A stretch of 64,000 bases of DNA, taken from positions 21,663,262-21,727,261 of the forward strand of contig NC_069007.1 in assembly GCF_001194135.2 (NCBI RefSeq), given 5' to 3'. Below the pieces are notes generated by a model. That model searched no databases, had not been told where the DNA came from, and saw nothing but the letters and a program-made list of their open reading frames with translations. The position numbers and the translations under genes were made by a program. Origin of the DNA: Octopus bimaculoides (Eukaryota). The first letter of the stretch is position 1, and every line of letters starts with the position of its first letter. Of this stretch, positions 55,153 through 63,330 are shown one piece after another.

Positions 55153-57671
55153 TATTGACACATACACATACATTTGTATGTGTGTATGTGTATACACACA
55201 CACACACACACATATATATACATATTCATTCACATATATCAAGTGAGGTATATTTGAAGACAATTACCAGCATATTACTCTTTTCAAAGCAATTAAAAAG
55301 GATTTTATTTCTTTTGTGGATCTCCATGGCAGCTAAAATACTAACACAAAAAAGAAAAAAAAAGACATGCAGTCATAACTGGCATATGTACAGAAGAGCT
55401 TGTAGAAAATAGTCACCTTTCTATACATTGCAAAACTTTTGAACACTAAGTTTGGACAGAATCGGAAACCTCTGGCAGAAAAACATTCTAAACATTTAGA
55501 CACTATAGAGACCCTACAATTTATCCAATGGGTTCAAAGCATTATCAATGATGACCCCAGAAAATCAATGAGGGCCTTCGCCAAAGAACTTCAGGTGTCA
55601 GAGTGGACTATCAGAACTGTGGTGCATGAGGACATTTTATACAAGTTGTATGTACTGAGAAGAGGCCAGTTGATATCTGCAAAGACACAGGAAAACTGTT
55701 TGAGTCACGCCAAGCAGTTACTTAACAGGTTGAAAAAAAAAGCCTTCATGGACATGTCAGTCCTTTGGTTCGAGGAAACCTTTGACAAAGACTGAAGAAG
55801 AGGAACGACAGATGGTTCTGGGCAGATCCTTCAGAGTCGTGCACACAAAGTGTTCAGCAATTTCTTAGACAGTTGGTTGTTAAACCCAGCATGGACGAAG
55901 TATATAATCAAAGGCCATATACATTTCAAAGAGACTCAGCACCTTCTCACAACACTGGATGTCAGACGGTCTTTATAATCATAACACCAAACCTGTGACC
56001 TCCAAACTCACCAGATTTAAATCCTGCAGACTAACCAAGAGCCTCACACTGCCATAGTGTCAATGAAAGCAGCCACTGTCCAGGTGATGTCCGAAACTAA
56101 ATAAGGACCATTTCTTGCAGACATGTGAACAATTCTGATTCTTCACTGAAGCAATCATCAAAGCTGAAGGCAGATTCATAGAATCTTAATGAAAACCGTT
56201 GCAGAAATTTTTATTACCAAATATGTCCTCTGAACCTCACATGAGGTGACAAGGGACCGAGATACCTGGCACCTTGCTGTACTCGAGAGGATCTGTCCTG
56301 CACAGCAGAGAGGTGTTGACCAGTCACTTCCTCTGGTGAAGAGGATTAGCCTACAAGAGTCTTGGATGGCATTAGGAAGGGCATCCAACCATTGCAATCC
56401 ACACCAAATCAGATTAGAACTTGGTGCAGCTCTTCAGCTTTGGTCAAATCATCCAACCCATGCCAGCATGAAAAACAGACATTTAAGGATGATGATGATA
56501 TCTCTTGCACCCTGTATATACACACACATATACAGATTCACATTTACATACATCCTTTATCTTTTACTCGTTTCAGTTATTGGACTGCAGCCATGCTGGG
56601 GCACTGCCTTGAAAGAAAAAAATGCCCTTTCTAAAGCTCTAGGCTCATAAGGTCAATACTTTGGTGTATATATTCCTACCCCACTGGACATCACAGGATA
56701 ACACCTTTGTGTTCGCTGAGTGGACTGGAGCAACAAGAGATGAAAGGTTTTGCTCAAGAATACACAATGCACTGCCCAGTCCAGTTAGCAAAACCACAAT
56801 CTCACAAACATCAGTGCAACAACCTAACCATTAAGCCACACTCACACAGAGCCACATGCATATACTGACATATACATATATAAAAGAAATAATTGTGATT
56901 CGGTTGAATTAGGGACTTAAGTTGGAGCACCAGGTCAGTCCGGTATTATCTGGACACCTTGAAGTAAGGTGAATAAAATCAAAATAAGCAACAAGATCAC
57001 TACTTGATATCCTGTTGCTTATTTTGATTATATATATATATACCAAGGTGGAAAAAATAGTACTCGATTACCAGAGGTAAAGTAATATGCTTTATAAAAA
57101 AGCAGCAAGAATATCACAAAAACTGTTACTCAGAGTTTCATGTTCCCATTTGTTGGATAGTTTTGTTTTTATATATATATATATATATATATAGGCACAT
57201 CATTGGTATGTGGTTAAGGTGTTTGCTTCCAAACAACATGGTTTTGAGTTCAGACCCACTGCGTGGCACCTTGGGCAAGTATCTTCAGCGATAGAATTGC
57301 ACCAACCAAACATTGTGAATGAATTTCATAGAAGGAACCTTATGGAAGCCCTTCATACGTGAGTGGTTATATGTGTGTGTCTGTGTATATGCGTTTGTGA
57401 CCCTTTGTCTTCACTTAACATGACGACTGTAAGCGAGTGTCATGATCATACAGGTGGCTTCATTCATTTCCAGAATTATGAAGAAACTGATAAATTATAG
57501 TTACAAAAAGCCACCTGGCAATATGCTTCATTTCTGAAGCTCCAATGAAGCTATAGGGTGATCATAACACAAGCATTCAACTATGTGTGCATTGCATCTT
57601 ATAGCCGAAACAGCTGTAAACCAAAGGAAGTCTATGACATAATTTCTTATATGCATACATACATATATATA

Positions 57672-57704
<33 letters not shown>

Positions 57705-58904
57705 TTTGTATGCAGATACACTATTTTTCTCACTTATGCGTCTTAGCACAAAGACTGTGTCCATGCTGGAGCGCCACCATTTTCATCACCTTTTCAAAGG
57801 ACATTCTCATGTGACTGGCTTTTGGTAAAGGAGAGAGAGTGTGTGATATTGGTGGCATCTTTTGATGTAGGTTCATCTAGAATCTTGGACGGCAGAAGGT
57901 CAAGGTGCTTCTTGAAAACATCAATGTCCACCGCATGGAGATCTTCCAGTTCTTTTGACAAGATAATCCCACAAGGTGTGGGACTTCGAATCTAACAGAT
58001 GTATGTACATCTATGTATGCGTACGTGCATATATATATATATANNNNNNNNNNNNNNNNNNNNNNNNNNNNNNNNNNNNNNNNNNNNNNNNNNNNNNNNN
58101 NNNNNNNNNNNNNNNNNNNNNNNNNNNNNNNNNNNNNNNNNNNNNNNNNNNNNNNNNNNNNNNNNNNNNNNNNNNNNNNNNNNNNNNNNNNNNNNNNNNN
58201 NNNNNNNNNNNNNNNNNNNNNNNNNNNNNNNNNNNNNNNNNNNNNNNNNNNNNNNNNNNNNNNNNNNNNNNNNNNNNNNNNNNNNNNNNNNNNNNNNNNN
58301 NNNNNNNNNNNNNNNNNNNNNNNNNNNNNNNNNNNNNNNNNNNNNNNNNNNNNNNNNNNNNNNNNNNNNNNNNNNNNNNNNNNNNNNNNNNNNNNNNNNN
58401 NNNNNNNNNNNNNNNNNNNNNNNNNNNNNNNNNNNNNNNNNNNNNNNNNNNNNNNNNNNNNNNNNNNNNNNNNNNNNNNNNNNNNNNNNNNNNNNNNNNN
58501 NNNNNNNNNNNNNNNNNNNNNNNNNNNNNNNNNNNNNNNNNNNNNNNNNNNNNNNNNNNNNNNNNNNNNNNNNNNNNNNNNNNNNNNNNNNNNNNNNNNN
58601 NNNNNNNNNNNNNNNNNNNNNNNNNNNNNNNNNNNNNNNNNNNNNNNNNNNNNNNNNNNNNNNNNNNNNNNNNNNNNNNNNNNNNNNNNNNNNNNNNNNN
58701 NNNNNNNNNNNNNNNNNNNNNNNNNNNNNNNNNNNNNNNNNNNNNNNNNNNNNNNNNNNNNNNNNNNNNNNNNNNNNNNNNNNNNNNNNNNNNNNNNNNN
58801 NNNNNNNNNNNNNNNTGTACGTATACATACACATATACTTTGGAGAGAGATACTACACGTAAGGGAGTTTGCGACAAAATATATATATGCATATTTGGAT
58901 GTGA

Positions 58905-58946
<42 letters not shown>

Positions 58947-59582
58947 CATATATATACGTACACAGAGAGAGAGAGAGAGATAGAATGGATGGATGGACAG
59001 ACAGATAAGATGGATAGATTGATTAGATAGATAGATAGATAGATAGATAAAGATGGACAGACAGACAGATAGATAGATAGATGGATGGAAAGACATTTAG
59101 ATGGACAGAGATAGATAGATAGATAGATAAAGATGGACCGACAGACAGATGGATAGACAGATAGATATATAGATAGACATATAGACAGATAGATAGACAT
59201 ATAGATGGATGGATGGATGGATGGATGGACGAACAGACAGATGGATATAGAGGCAGACAGACAGTCGTGAGCCGTATATTTATTGATGGTAACATACGTA
59301 AACAAACGGGGAAAACAGAAATATAAGCCAAGGTACTTTTTTTTAAAATCTGATACATATATATGCACATGTATACCTTCATACAGACATATATATATAC
59401 ACACACACAAATATGTATACATATGAATATATACATATATATATTCATATGTATACATATTTATACACACACACATATATATATATATATATAGGCACAT
59501 TAAGTCCATTTAAATAAATATTTATACATGAATACACAAATTATTAGACGTAGACACTTCCCTTTAAAACAAGTTTATAAAT

Positions 59583-59620
<38 letters not shown>

Positions 59621-60164
59621 NNNNNNNNNNNNNNNNNNNNNNNNNNNNNNNNNNNNNNNNNNNNNNNNNNNNNNNNNNNNNNNNNNNNNNNNNNNNNNNN
59701 NNNNNNNNNNNNNNNNNNNNNNNNNNNNNNNNNNNNNNNNNNNNNNNNNNNNNNNNNNNNNNNNNNNNNNNNNNNNNNNNNNNNNNNNNNNNNNNNNNNN
59801 NNNNNNNNNNNNNNNNNNNNNNNNNNNNNNNNNNNNNNNNNNNNNNNNNNNNNNNNNNNNNNNNNNNNNNNNNNNNNNNNNNNNNNNNNNNNNNNNNNNN
59901 NNNNNNNNNNNNNNNNNNNNNNNNNNNNNNNNNNNNNNNNNNNNNNNNNNNNNNNNNNNNNNNNNNNNNNNNNNNNNNNNNNNNNNNNNNNNNNNNNNNN
60001 NNNNNNNNNNNNNNNNNNNNNNNNNNNNNNNNNNNNNNNNNNNNNNNNNNNNNNNNNNNNNNNNNNNNNNNNNNNNNNNNNNNNNNNNNNNNNNNNNNNN
60101 NNNNNNNAATCTCATCTATATATATATACACATATATACACATCTCTACATATATATATACACA

Positions 60165-60213
<49 letters not shown>

Positions 60214-60747
60214 TACACAAAAATATATATATATATCTGAGTATATAAAATTGAATAATGGACACGCGAATATCCCTCTCTGCCCCCTCTCACTCTCTCT
60301 ATTTGCTATCAGCCATTCAGCTACAAACATACATATATATATATATATATATACATGAAGAGACAACCAGATATAAATATCTATTTACACCCTAAACATC
60401 ACCAATACATCTATACAACAATATAAAATACAACAGTACGCTTCGACATATAAACACAACATATATATACATAGATATAGATAAATAATTATCTGATACT
60501 AAACAACAGCCATCTCTTTATAGAGAGAGAGAGAGACATGGTTTCTAGACAGAGCAACGACGAAGATCTTCAAACATTTACACATATTTCTAATGAATCT
60601 AGATGAATATGAAAATCATAAACAAATCCATTGATTTATGATGTGGTTTCCTTACCCTCTGTTGCTGTGATATTGACGTAATTCCTTAATGAATTCCGTG
60701 TATTCCTGGTTATAGGTGAACGGGTCTTTGTTCAAAAGGTTTGCCAT
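5292..60747 (-). CDS. ARID2: ARID2/BAF200 (AT-rich interactive domain protein 2, PBAF subunit), 19 coding exons in window, 3' end missing
   Basis: Manual splicing of 19 GT-AG exons gives one open frame of 2146 codons with the ARID2 domain order: ARID, LxxLL/ARM-like block ([19 protein letters not shown]), RFX-type winged helix, low-complexity Q-rich region, two C-x4-C-x12-H-x4-H fingers. Confidence 0.96.
6510..6645 (-). CDS. ARID2: ARID2 exon 18 (136 nt): [46 protein letters not shown]2H2 fingers
   Basis: Acceptor tttgtttcag, donor CAG|gtcagt; completes finger 1 and most of finger 2. Confidence 0.95.
7962..12096 (-). CDS. ARID2: ARID2 exon 17 (4135 nt): low-complexity Q/S/T/P-rich region ending in the first C2H2 half ([10 protein letters not shown])
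   Basis: Lies within the 1411-aa ORF 7958..12193; acceptor cttgctttcag (phase 1) fits exon 16; donor CG|gtaagt (phase 2) fits exon 18. Confidence 0.93.
12846..13140 (-). mobile_element. LINE RT C-terminal fragment
   Basis: [18 protein letters not shown] resembles the YVWSVLLYGxETWTL motif of RTE-type ORF2. Confidence 0.6.
13206..13395. mobile_element. piggyBac-type MITE (TTAA-CCCTTTAG...CTAAAGG-TTAA)
   Basis: TTAA at both ends with CCCTTTAG TIR. Related full or partial copies at about 816-960, 7205-7367, 19130-19250, 21744-21810, 27333-27400, 31300-31616 and 54296-54512. Confidence 0.8.
16492..16610 (-). CDS. ARID2: ARID2 exon 16 (119 nt): [39 protein letters not shown]
   Basis: Acceptor actctttttag, donor G|gtaggt; matches RTVFPN...GVKRRAIPLP. 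Confidence 0.92.
17537..17671 (-). CDS. ARID2: ARID2 exon 15 (135 nt): [48 protein letters not shown]-type winged helix
   Basis: Acceptor tgtccttccag, donor AA|gtaagt; WLxxxxE...LYxxYxxxC pattern of RFX DNA-binding domains. Confidence 0.93.
18226..18270 (+). ncRNA. Minimal hammerhead ribozyme motif, weak helix II
   Basis: UUGCUA-CUGAUGA-AGCCCAAAGAGGUA-GAAA-UGGCCA-U-U-UAGCAA; perfect 6-bp helix I and palindromic AUGGCCAU helix III. Confidence 0.65.
18694..18751 (-). CDS. ARID2: ARID2 exon 14 (58 nt): [19 protein letters not shown]
   Basis: Acceptor tattcttttccag, donor TG|gtaagg; phase 1 to 2 bridges exons 13 and 15 and ends in the Trp that opens the RFX domain. Confidence 0.85.
19326..19487 (-). 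CDS. ARID2: ARID2 exon 13 (162 nt): [31 protein letters not shown]...ITLNC
   Basis: Acceptor gattccattag, donor A|gtaagt; matches [25 protein letters not shown]. Confidence 0.92.
20129..20338 (-). CDS. ARID2: ARID2 exon 12 (210 nt): [17 protein letters not shown]...[26 protein letters not shown]
   Basis: Acceptor ctttattccag, donor G|gtacgt; matches EILGNLCKAEDN...TLEVLYMLTEMG. Confidence 0.95.
20794..20890 (-). CDS. ARID2: ARID2 exon 11 (97 nt): [32 protein letters not shown]
   Basis: Acceptor ctttggattcag, donor G|gtaagg; matches LLLDPVD...KCLMSRD. Confidence 0.93.
21472..21553 (-). CDS. ARID2: ARID2 exon 10 (82 nt): [27 protein letters not shown]
   Basis: Acceptor ctctgttgcag, donor CAG|gtaaaa; matches [23 protein letters not shown]. 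Confidence 0.95.
22014..22090 (-). CDS. ARID2: ARID2 exon 9 (77 nt): [26 protein letters not shown]
   Basis: Acceptor cattcttctag, donor AG|gtaaaa; matches [22 protein letters not shown]. Confidence 0.94.
22796..22875 (-). CDS. ARID2: ARID2 exon 8 (80 nt): [26 protein letters not shown]
   Basis: Acceptor tttgtttcacag, donor CAG|gtaagt; matches LGINDIEGQRVLQ. Confidence 0.94.
23678..23750 (-). CDS. ARID2: ARID2 exon 7 (73 nt): [24 protein letters not shown]
   Basis: Acceptor tctgttttcag, donor A|gtaaat; matches FWKDIVDDNEVRDLI. Confidence 0.92.
24654..24721 (-). CDS. ARID2: ARID2 exon 6 (68 nt): [22 protein letters not shown]
   Basis: Acceptor tttttattgcag, donor AAG|gtaaat; matches EEWKEKTDRDFVK; phases 1 to 0 fit neighbours. 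Confidence 0.92.
25519..25737 (-). CDS. ARID2: ARID2 exon 5 (219 nt): [29 protein letters not shown]...[13 protein letters not shown] (LxxLL)
   Basis: Acceptor ttcttttccag, donor G|gtaagt; near-identical to the conserved ARID2 block. Confidence 0.97.
25815..26150. repeat. Degenerate minisatellite, units of about 29-36 bp, core GAGATCATATGG(G/A)ATATTG
   Basis: Repeated gggcttgagatcatatgggatattgttga-like units seen directly. Confidence 0.75.
26520..26778 (-). mobile_element. Second SINE family (acagctgagtggactggagcaac...tgctcaagaacac core)
   Basis: tRNA-like head (gtggttagggtgttacactcatgattgcaagattatgggttcgattcc). Other copies at about 575-712, 16085-16255, 50130-50325 and 56690-56840. Confidence 0.8.
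28174..28328 (-). CDS. ARID2: ARID2 exon 4 (155 nt): [18 protein letters not shown]...YKYNQHKVS
   Basis: Acceptor tatatttttag, donor G|gtcagt; matches YLEKYEKVHHFGED of ARID2. Confidence 0.95.
28865..29222 (-). mobile_element. tRNA-derived SINE, abundant family, long copy
   Basis: Head gtggctccgtggtaagaag...gggttcagtcccac, core, and 3' tail ccagcatggccacagtctaatgactaaaacaagtaaaag. Confidence 0.8.
31319..31602. mobile_element. hAT (Charlie/MER5-like) MITE with 8-bp TSD
   Basis: TIR CAGGGGTTCTCAACC...GGCTGAGAACCAGGG; TGCTAAAG at 31311-31318 and 31603-31610. Confidence 0.8.
32354..32945 (-). mobile_element. RTE LINE 3' fragment (Expander/Rex3-like) with GGAT tail
   Basis: [36 protein letters not shown] motif; ends in ggatggatgga. 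Confidence 0.85.
33040..33190 (+). repeat. RTE-type 3' UTR repeat ending in (GAT)n
   Basis: ggcattaggaagggcatccagc...ccatgccagcatggaaaa...atgatgat. Further copies at about 24120, 49930, 53190 and 56360 (+) and about 2700, 6900, 18460, 18930, 29240 and 39785 (-). Confidence 0.75.
34232..34329 (-). CDS. ARID2: ARID2 exon 3 (98 nt): [37 protein letters not shown] domain
   Basis: Acceptor tctgtcttgtag, donor AG|gtaagg; conserved ARID Trp and LKxxY helix. Confidence 0.96.
34628..34906 (-). mobile_element. tRNA-headed SINE with a Penelope-like, hammerhead-containing 3' part
   Basis: A-box TAGTGGTTAAG (34883-34873), B-box GTTCGATTCC (34843-34834), hammerhead at 34711-34756, short inverted head duplication, flanking direct repeat AGAGACAT (34620-34627 and 34907-34914). 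Confidence 0.7.
34711..34756 (-). ncRNA. Minimal type I hammerhead ribozyme motif with intact core
   Basis: GACAC-CUGAUGA-A-GGCUGA(AGGGUAUA)UCAGCC-GAAA-CG-U-U-GUGUU: helix I 5 bp, helix II 6 bp, palindromic AACGUU helix III, GUU cleavage triplet. Confidence 0.8.
34933..35212. mobile_element. hAT MITE, same family as 31319, inverted orientation
   Basis: TIR CAGTGGTTCTCAACC...GGTTGAGAGCCCCTG; flanks acttagag and gtttagag; internal gtaaaatagtaatcaaaggggtccacagat is the reverse complement of the 31319 copy. Confidence 0.8.
35395..36660 (-). mobile_element. RTE-clade LINE ORF2 remnant (APE endonuclease to start of RT)
   Basis: Minus-strand fragments [25 protein letters not shown] and [14 protein letters not shown], with many stops. 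Confidence 0.8.
37500..38750 (-). promoter_or_regulatory. CpG-retaining island in intron 2 with candidate minus-strand exons
   Basis: 14 CpG in 37501-37800 and 11 in 38521-38700, versus 0 in 13201-13500; donor CTG|gtgagc at 38546/38545. Confidence 0.4.
40420..41290 (+). mobile_element. Degenerate mariner transposase fragment
   Basis: [44 protein letters not shown] and [10 protein letters not shown] motifs (D,D34D-type catalytic region). Confidence 0.88.
42410..42720 (+). mobile_element. tRNA-derived SINE, most abundant family (ggcaccttgggcaagtgtcttctactatagcc core)
   Basis: Dispersed copies. Plus strand at about 5871-6075, 22553-22752, 30140-30410, 42410-42720, 46960-47280 and 57194-57345; minus strand at about 17896-18052, 28865-29222, 34028-34135, 39460-39780 and 40036-40196. 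Confidence 0.85.
43593..44360 (-). mobile_element. Second Expander/Rex3-like RTE 3' fragment, interrupted by another LINE
   Basis: Shares ggctcaacccggagagactccct with the 32354 copy; SQLRYYGH...GHVIRM...RRRGRPRM; GGAT tail. Confidence 0.8.
43826..44191 (-). mobile_element. 5'-truncated LINE nested in the RTE copy, 6-bp target-site duplication
   Basis: [14 protein letters not shown]...[14 protein letters not shown]-rich tail; ATGGCC at 43820-43825 and 44192-44197. Confidence 0.75.
46213..46306 (-). CDS. ARID2: ARID2 exon 2 (94 nt): [35 protein letters not shown] domain
   Basis: Acceptor ttatttttacag, donor AAG|gtaaga; ARID signature DLYxLYxxVxxxGG. Confidence 0.96.
47420..47820 (-). mobile_element. 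LINE RT C-terminal/3' fragment
   Basis: [18 protein letters not shown] and [10 protein letters not shown] motifs on the minus strand. Confidence 0.7.
48490..49050 (-). mobile_element. RTE LINE 3' fragment
   Basis: [43 protein letters not shown]. Confidence 0.85.
50378..51611 (-). mobile_element. Near full-length degenerate mariner (Hsmar1/SETMAR-like, cecropia-type)
   Basis: TIR TATTGGGTTGGCAAGAAAGTAATTTC at the right end and partial AAGAAAGTAATTTC at the left; transposase fragments [18 protein letters not shown] and [21 protein letters not shown] with stops and frameshifts. Confidence 0.92.
52085..53059 (+). mobile_element. Degenerate Tc1-like element
   Basis: N-terminal [16 protein letters not shown] (HTH start), [16 protein letters not shown]; right TIR gtttccattattttgaccaacccctg. 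Confidence 0.82.
54296..54512. mobile_element. piggyBac-type MITE, same family, opposite orientation
   Basis: ttagCCCTTTAG...AAGGGttaa; internal ccagatctggcctctcacacctac shared with the other copies. Confidence 0.75.
55400..56175 (+). mobile_element. Degenerate maT/DD37D-type transposase relic
   Basis: [32 protein letters not shown], followed by fragments resembling RPYIFQQDSAPSH (ggccatatacatttcaaagagactcagcaccttctcac) and [10 protein letters not shown] (tgacctccaaactcaccagatttaaatcct). Confidence 0.8.
57119..57164 (-). ncRNA. Decayed hammerhead fold
   Basis: AAAACUAU-CCAACAA-AUG(GGAA)CAU-GAAA-CUCUGAG-U-A-ACAGUUUU; helices intact (helix I 7/8), first box decayed. Confidence 0.5.
57800..57995 (-). 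mobile_element. CR1-type LINE 3' end fragment
   Basis: [29 protein letters not shown] resembles the CR1 ORF2 C-terminus. Confidence 0.6.
58975..59265. repeat. Compound (GATA)n/(GACA)n/(GGAT)n microsatellite
   Basis: Seen directly. Confidence 0.9.
60656..60747 (-). CDS. ARID2: ARID2 exon 1 (92 nt): [31 protein letters not shown]
   Basis: ATG in ccaagATGG context, donor GG|gtaagg, phase 2; aligns by eye to the ARID2 N-terminus (FLDELRQFHHSRG). Confidence 0.93.
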
Positions 60748-61189
60748 CTTGGATAACAAGCTACATACACATACATGTAGTTATTATTATACACACACAC
60801 ACACACACTCACTCACTCACACTTAAAACCTATACACACACACACTCAGTCACTCACATATAGATATTTGCATGTATATATATATATGTGTGTATATATA
60901 TATATATAGCAAACAGCAGCAGCACGTATATAATAATCTACCTAGATCATCTATATATACACACATAGATATATAATTAATACATATATATAGAGTGTAA
61001 TATGGCGTATATATGTAATATGGAGTGTATATATATATATATATATATATGTGTGTGGATATATATGTGTGTGGATATATATGTATGTATGTATATATAT
61101 GTGTGTGTGTGTATGTTATGGGTGATACACACAACACTACGGCTTGCAGTCGGCGATCGAAATAAACGTGCAGCGTTGTCAGGAGCTTC

Positions 61190-61420
61190 TATCTATCTAT
61201 CTTCTTTTCTCTCTCTCTCTATTTTCACTCTGTCTATTTTCTCTCTCTTTCTCTCTCCCACTCCTCCTTCCTTGCTCTTGCCTGCACTCTCTCTCTCTCT
61301 TTCTTTCTTTTTTCTCTCTCTGTGCTTCTATCTTTCTTTCTCTCTCTCTCGCTTTCTTTCTTTCTTTCGCTCCCACTCTCCGTCCCTCACTCACTCTCTC
61401 TCTGTTTCTTTGTCTTTCTC
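61190..61420. repeat. Polypyrimidine/polypurine (CT)n-rich tract upstream of the ARID2 ATG
   Basis: Almost entirely C/T on the plus strand. Confidence 0.85.
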
Positions 61421-61602
61421 TATGGCCGATCGATTGTTCTAGCTGGAAGGGAAGAAGAAGAAGCAGGCCATATACACTAAAATATACTAAATACTAAAAT
61501 ACAAAACTACACATGTATCACATACATATAAATATATATACACACATATAAGCACATTATACATGCACACATATGTACACATATTTAAGTACACATATTT
61601 AA

Positions 61603-61646
<44 letters not shown>

Positions 61647-61967
61647 TATATACACACACTTATACGCAAACACATCCGCATACATGTATAGCCATACACT
61701 CACACCCACACGCACATATACATCTTCAATATACCGGGAAAGACCGATTAGCTTGGAAAGACAATAATAATAATAATAATAGTAATATAGATATTAAATG
61801 ATATTATTTATTATGGGAAGAGAATAAAATAATAAAATATATACAGAGAAAGGGAAAGAGAAAGGACAGTTTTAGCTTAGGGAAGAGATAGATTGAGGGG
61901 AATATTTCAGCAGGAACGAAAAATATGAGTGGAACCCTCACAAATCTTTGTAATTTGTGGTGTGTAT

Positions 61968-62350
61968 GCCATACATTGTAGACTTTTATATTGTGTATGT
62001 GTTTGTGTGTAGCAGTCATCTGTGTAGAGTATGTATATATATATATATATATAAATGAAGGTATGTGTGCGTGTGTGACTGCCATACTGTTTGTGTGTGC
62101 GCGTACACCACTCAGTGTATAGTATGTGTATGCGCCATACAATGTAGACTTTTATACATTGTGTCTGTGTGTGAGCCAGTCGATGTATGGCTCGTGTAGA
62201 TAAATATGCACGTGTGTGTGCCATACATTATAGAATTCTATACAAAAAGTCTGTGTTTGTAGCAGTCATTCGTGTGTGGCGATAGAGATGTATGCGTGGA
62301 CTGTTCTATATACGTATCGGTCTGTGCCATACATTGTAGACTTTTGTACT
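61968..62350. repeat. Irregular tandem repeat with head GCCATACATTGTAGACTTTTAT
   Basis: Copies at 61968, 62134, 62220 and 62326, plus a partial copy at 62081. Confidence 0.75.
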
Positions 62351-62566
62351 ATGTGTTTGTGCTGTACACGTTACTCATTAGTATATTGTATATGCAGATA
62401 AATGTGCGTGTTGCCGAGTGTGCTAAAGTAACTTGGTGTATAACAGTGCATATATATTTATAAAGGTAGACAGTGATATATCAGTGTATATATATATTCA
62501 ATTATATATATATACGTCTGCATACGTAGAGATACGCACACTTGTGTAGCTGTGGCTACATATATA

Positions 62567-62607
<41 letters not shown>

Positions 62608-62880
62608 NNNNNNNNNNNNNNNNNNNNNNNNNNNNNNNNNNNNNNNNNNNNNNNNNNNNNNNNNNNNNNNNNNNNNNNNNNNNNNNNNNNNNNNNNNNNN
62701 NNNNNNNNNNNNNNNNNNNNNNNNNNNNNNNNNNNNNNNNNNNNNNNNNNNNNNNNNNNNNNNNNNNNNNNNNNNNNNNNNNNNNNNNNNNNNNNNNNNN
62801 NNNNNNNNNNNNNNNNNNNNNNNNNNNNNNNNNNNNNNNNNNNNNNNNNNTATACATACATGTGTGGGTGTTTGTATATA

Positions 62881-62920
<40 letters not shown>

Positions 62921-63179
62921 GAAGTCTACACAGGCCTTGTCATATGGAATGTATAAATTTACAATTTATTTCCTTTAGTCTCTTGTTTATTCCATAAGTG
63001 TTTGCTAAATCCTTGAAATGTGTCTGCCCATCCAAGCACCGTTACCACCCTGGGGCGCTCACACCATTCATTGACCTTTTTATCAACCATTCTAACACAT
63101 CTATATTACGACTTATCGCCTTCTCTATCTCATAATATTTTATAGACTATTTTTTTTCTTTTATAATCTTCCGCAGAAA

Positions 63180-63330
63180 GTTTTATAGAAGTGAAAAAAA
63201 AAATACAGAAGCGTGCGGCCGGGGGTTCTTCCATATCGATCTATCGATCACCTTATAATTATTATTCCTATGATATTGCACTGGTTCCGGCAGACGCGTG
63301 TGAGGTGAGCTGCCCTGCCCCGGCGGTGTG
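63180..63330. promoter_or_regulatory. CpG-rich patch 2.4 kb upstream of the ARID2 ATG, candidate promoter
   Basis: 10 CpG in 63181-63360; tandem TATCGAT motifs; plus-strand donor GAG|gtgagc at 63304/63305. Confidence 0.35.

Larger units (their letters stand above)
54682..62850. other. Cluster of assembly gaps (N runs), mostly flanked by (TA)n
   Basis: N runs at about 54682-55113, 58024-58816, 59621-60107 and 62608-62850; smaller ones at about 22769, 37217, 38871, 48167 and 51630. Confidence 0.95.

Noticed and set aside
61968-62350. CRISPR-like array
   Set aside because: Eukaryotic context, irregular spacing, spacers similar to one another and microsatellite-rich, no cas genes.
47991-62922. 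Long ORFs made of X, YI and CV repeats
   Set aside because: Artefacts of N gaps and (TA)n/(CA)n microsatellites.
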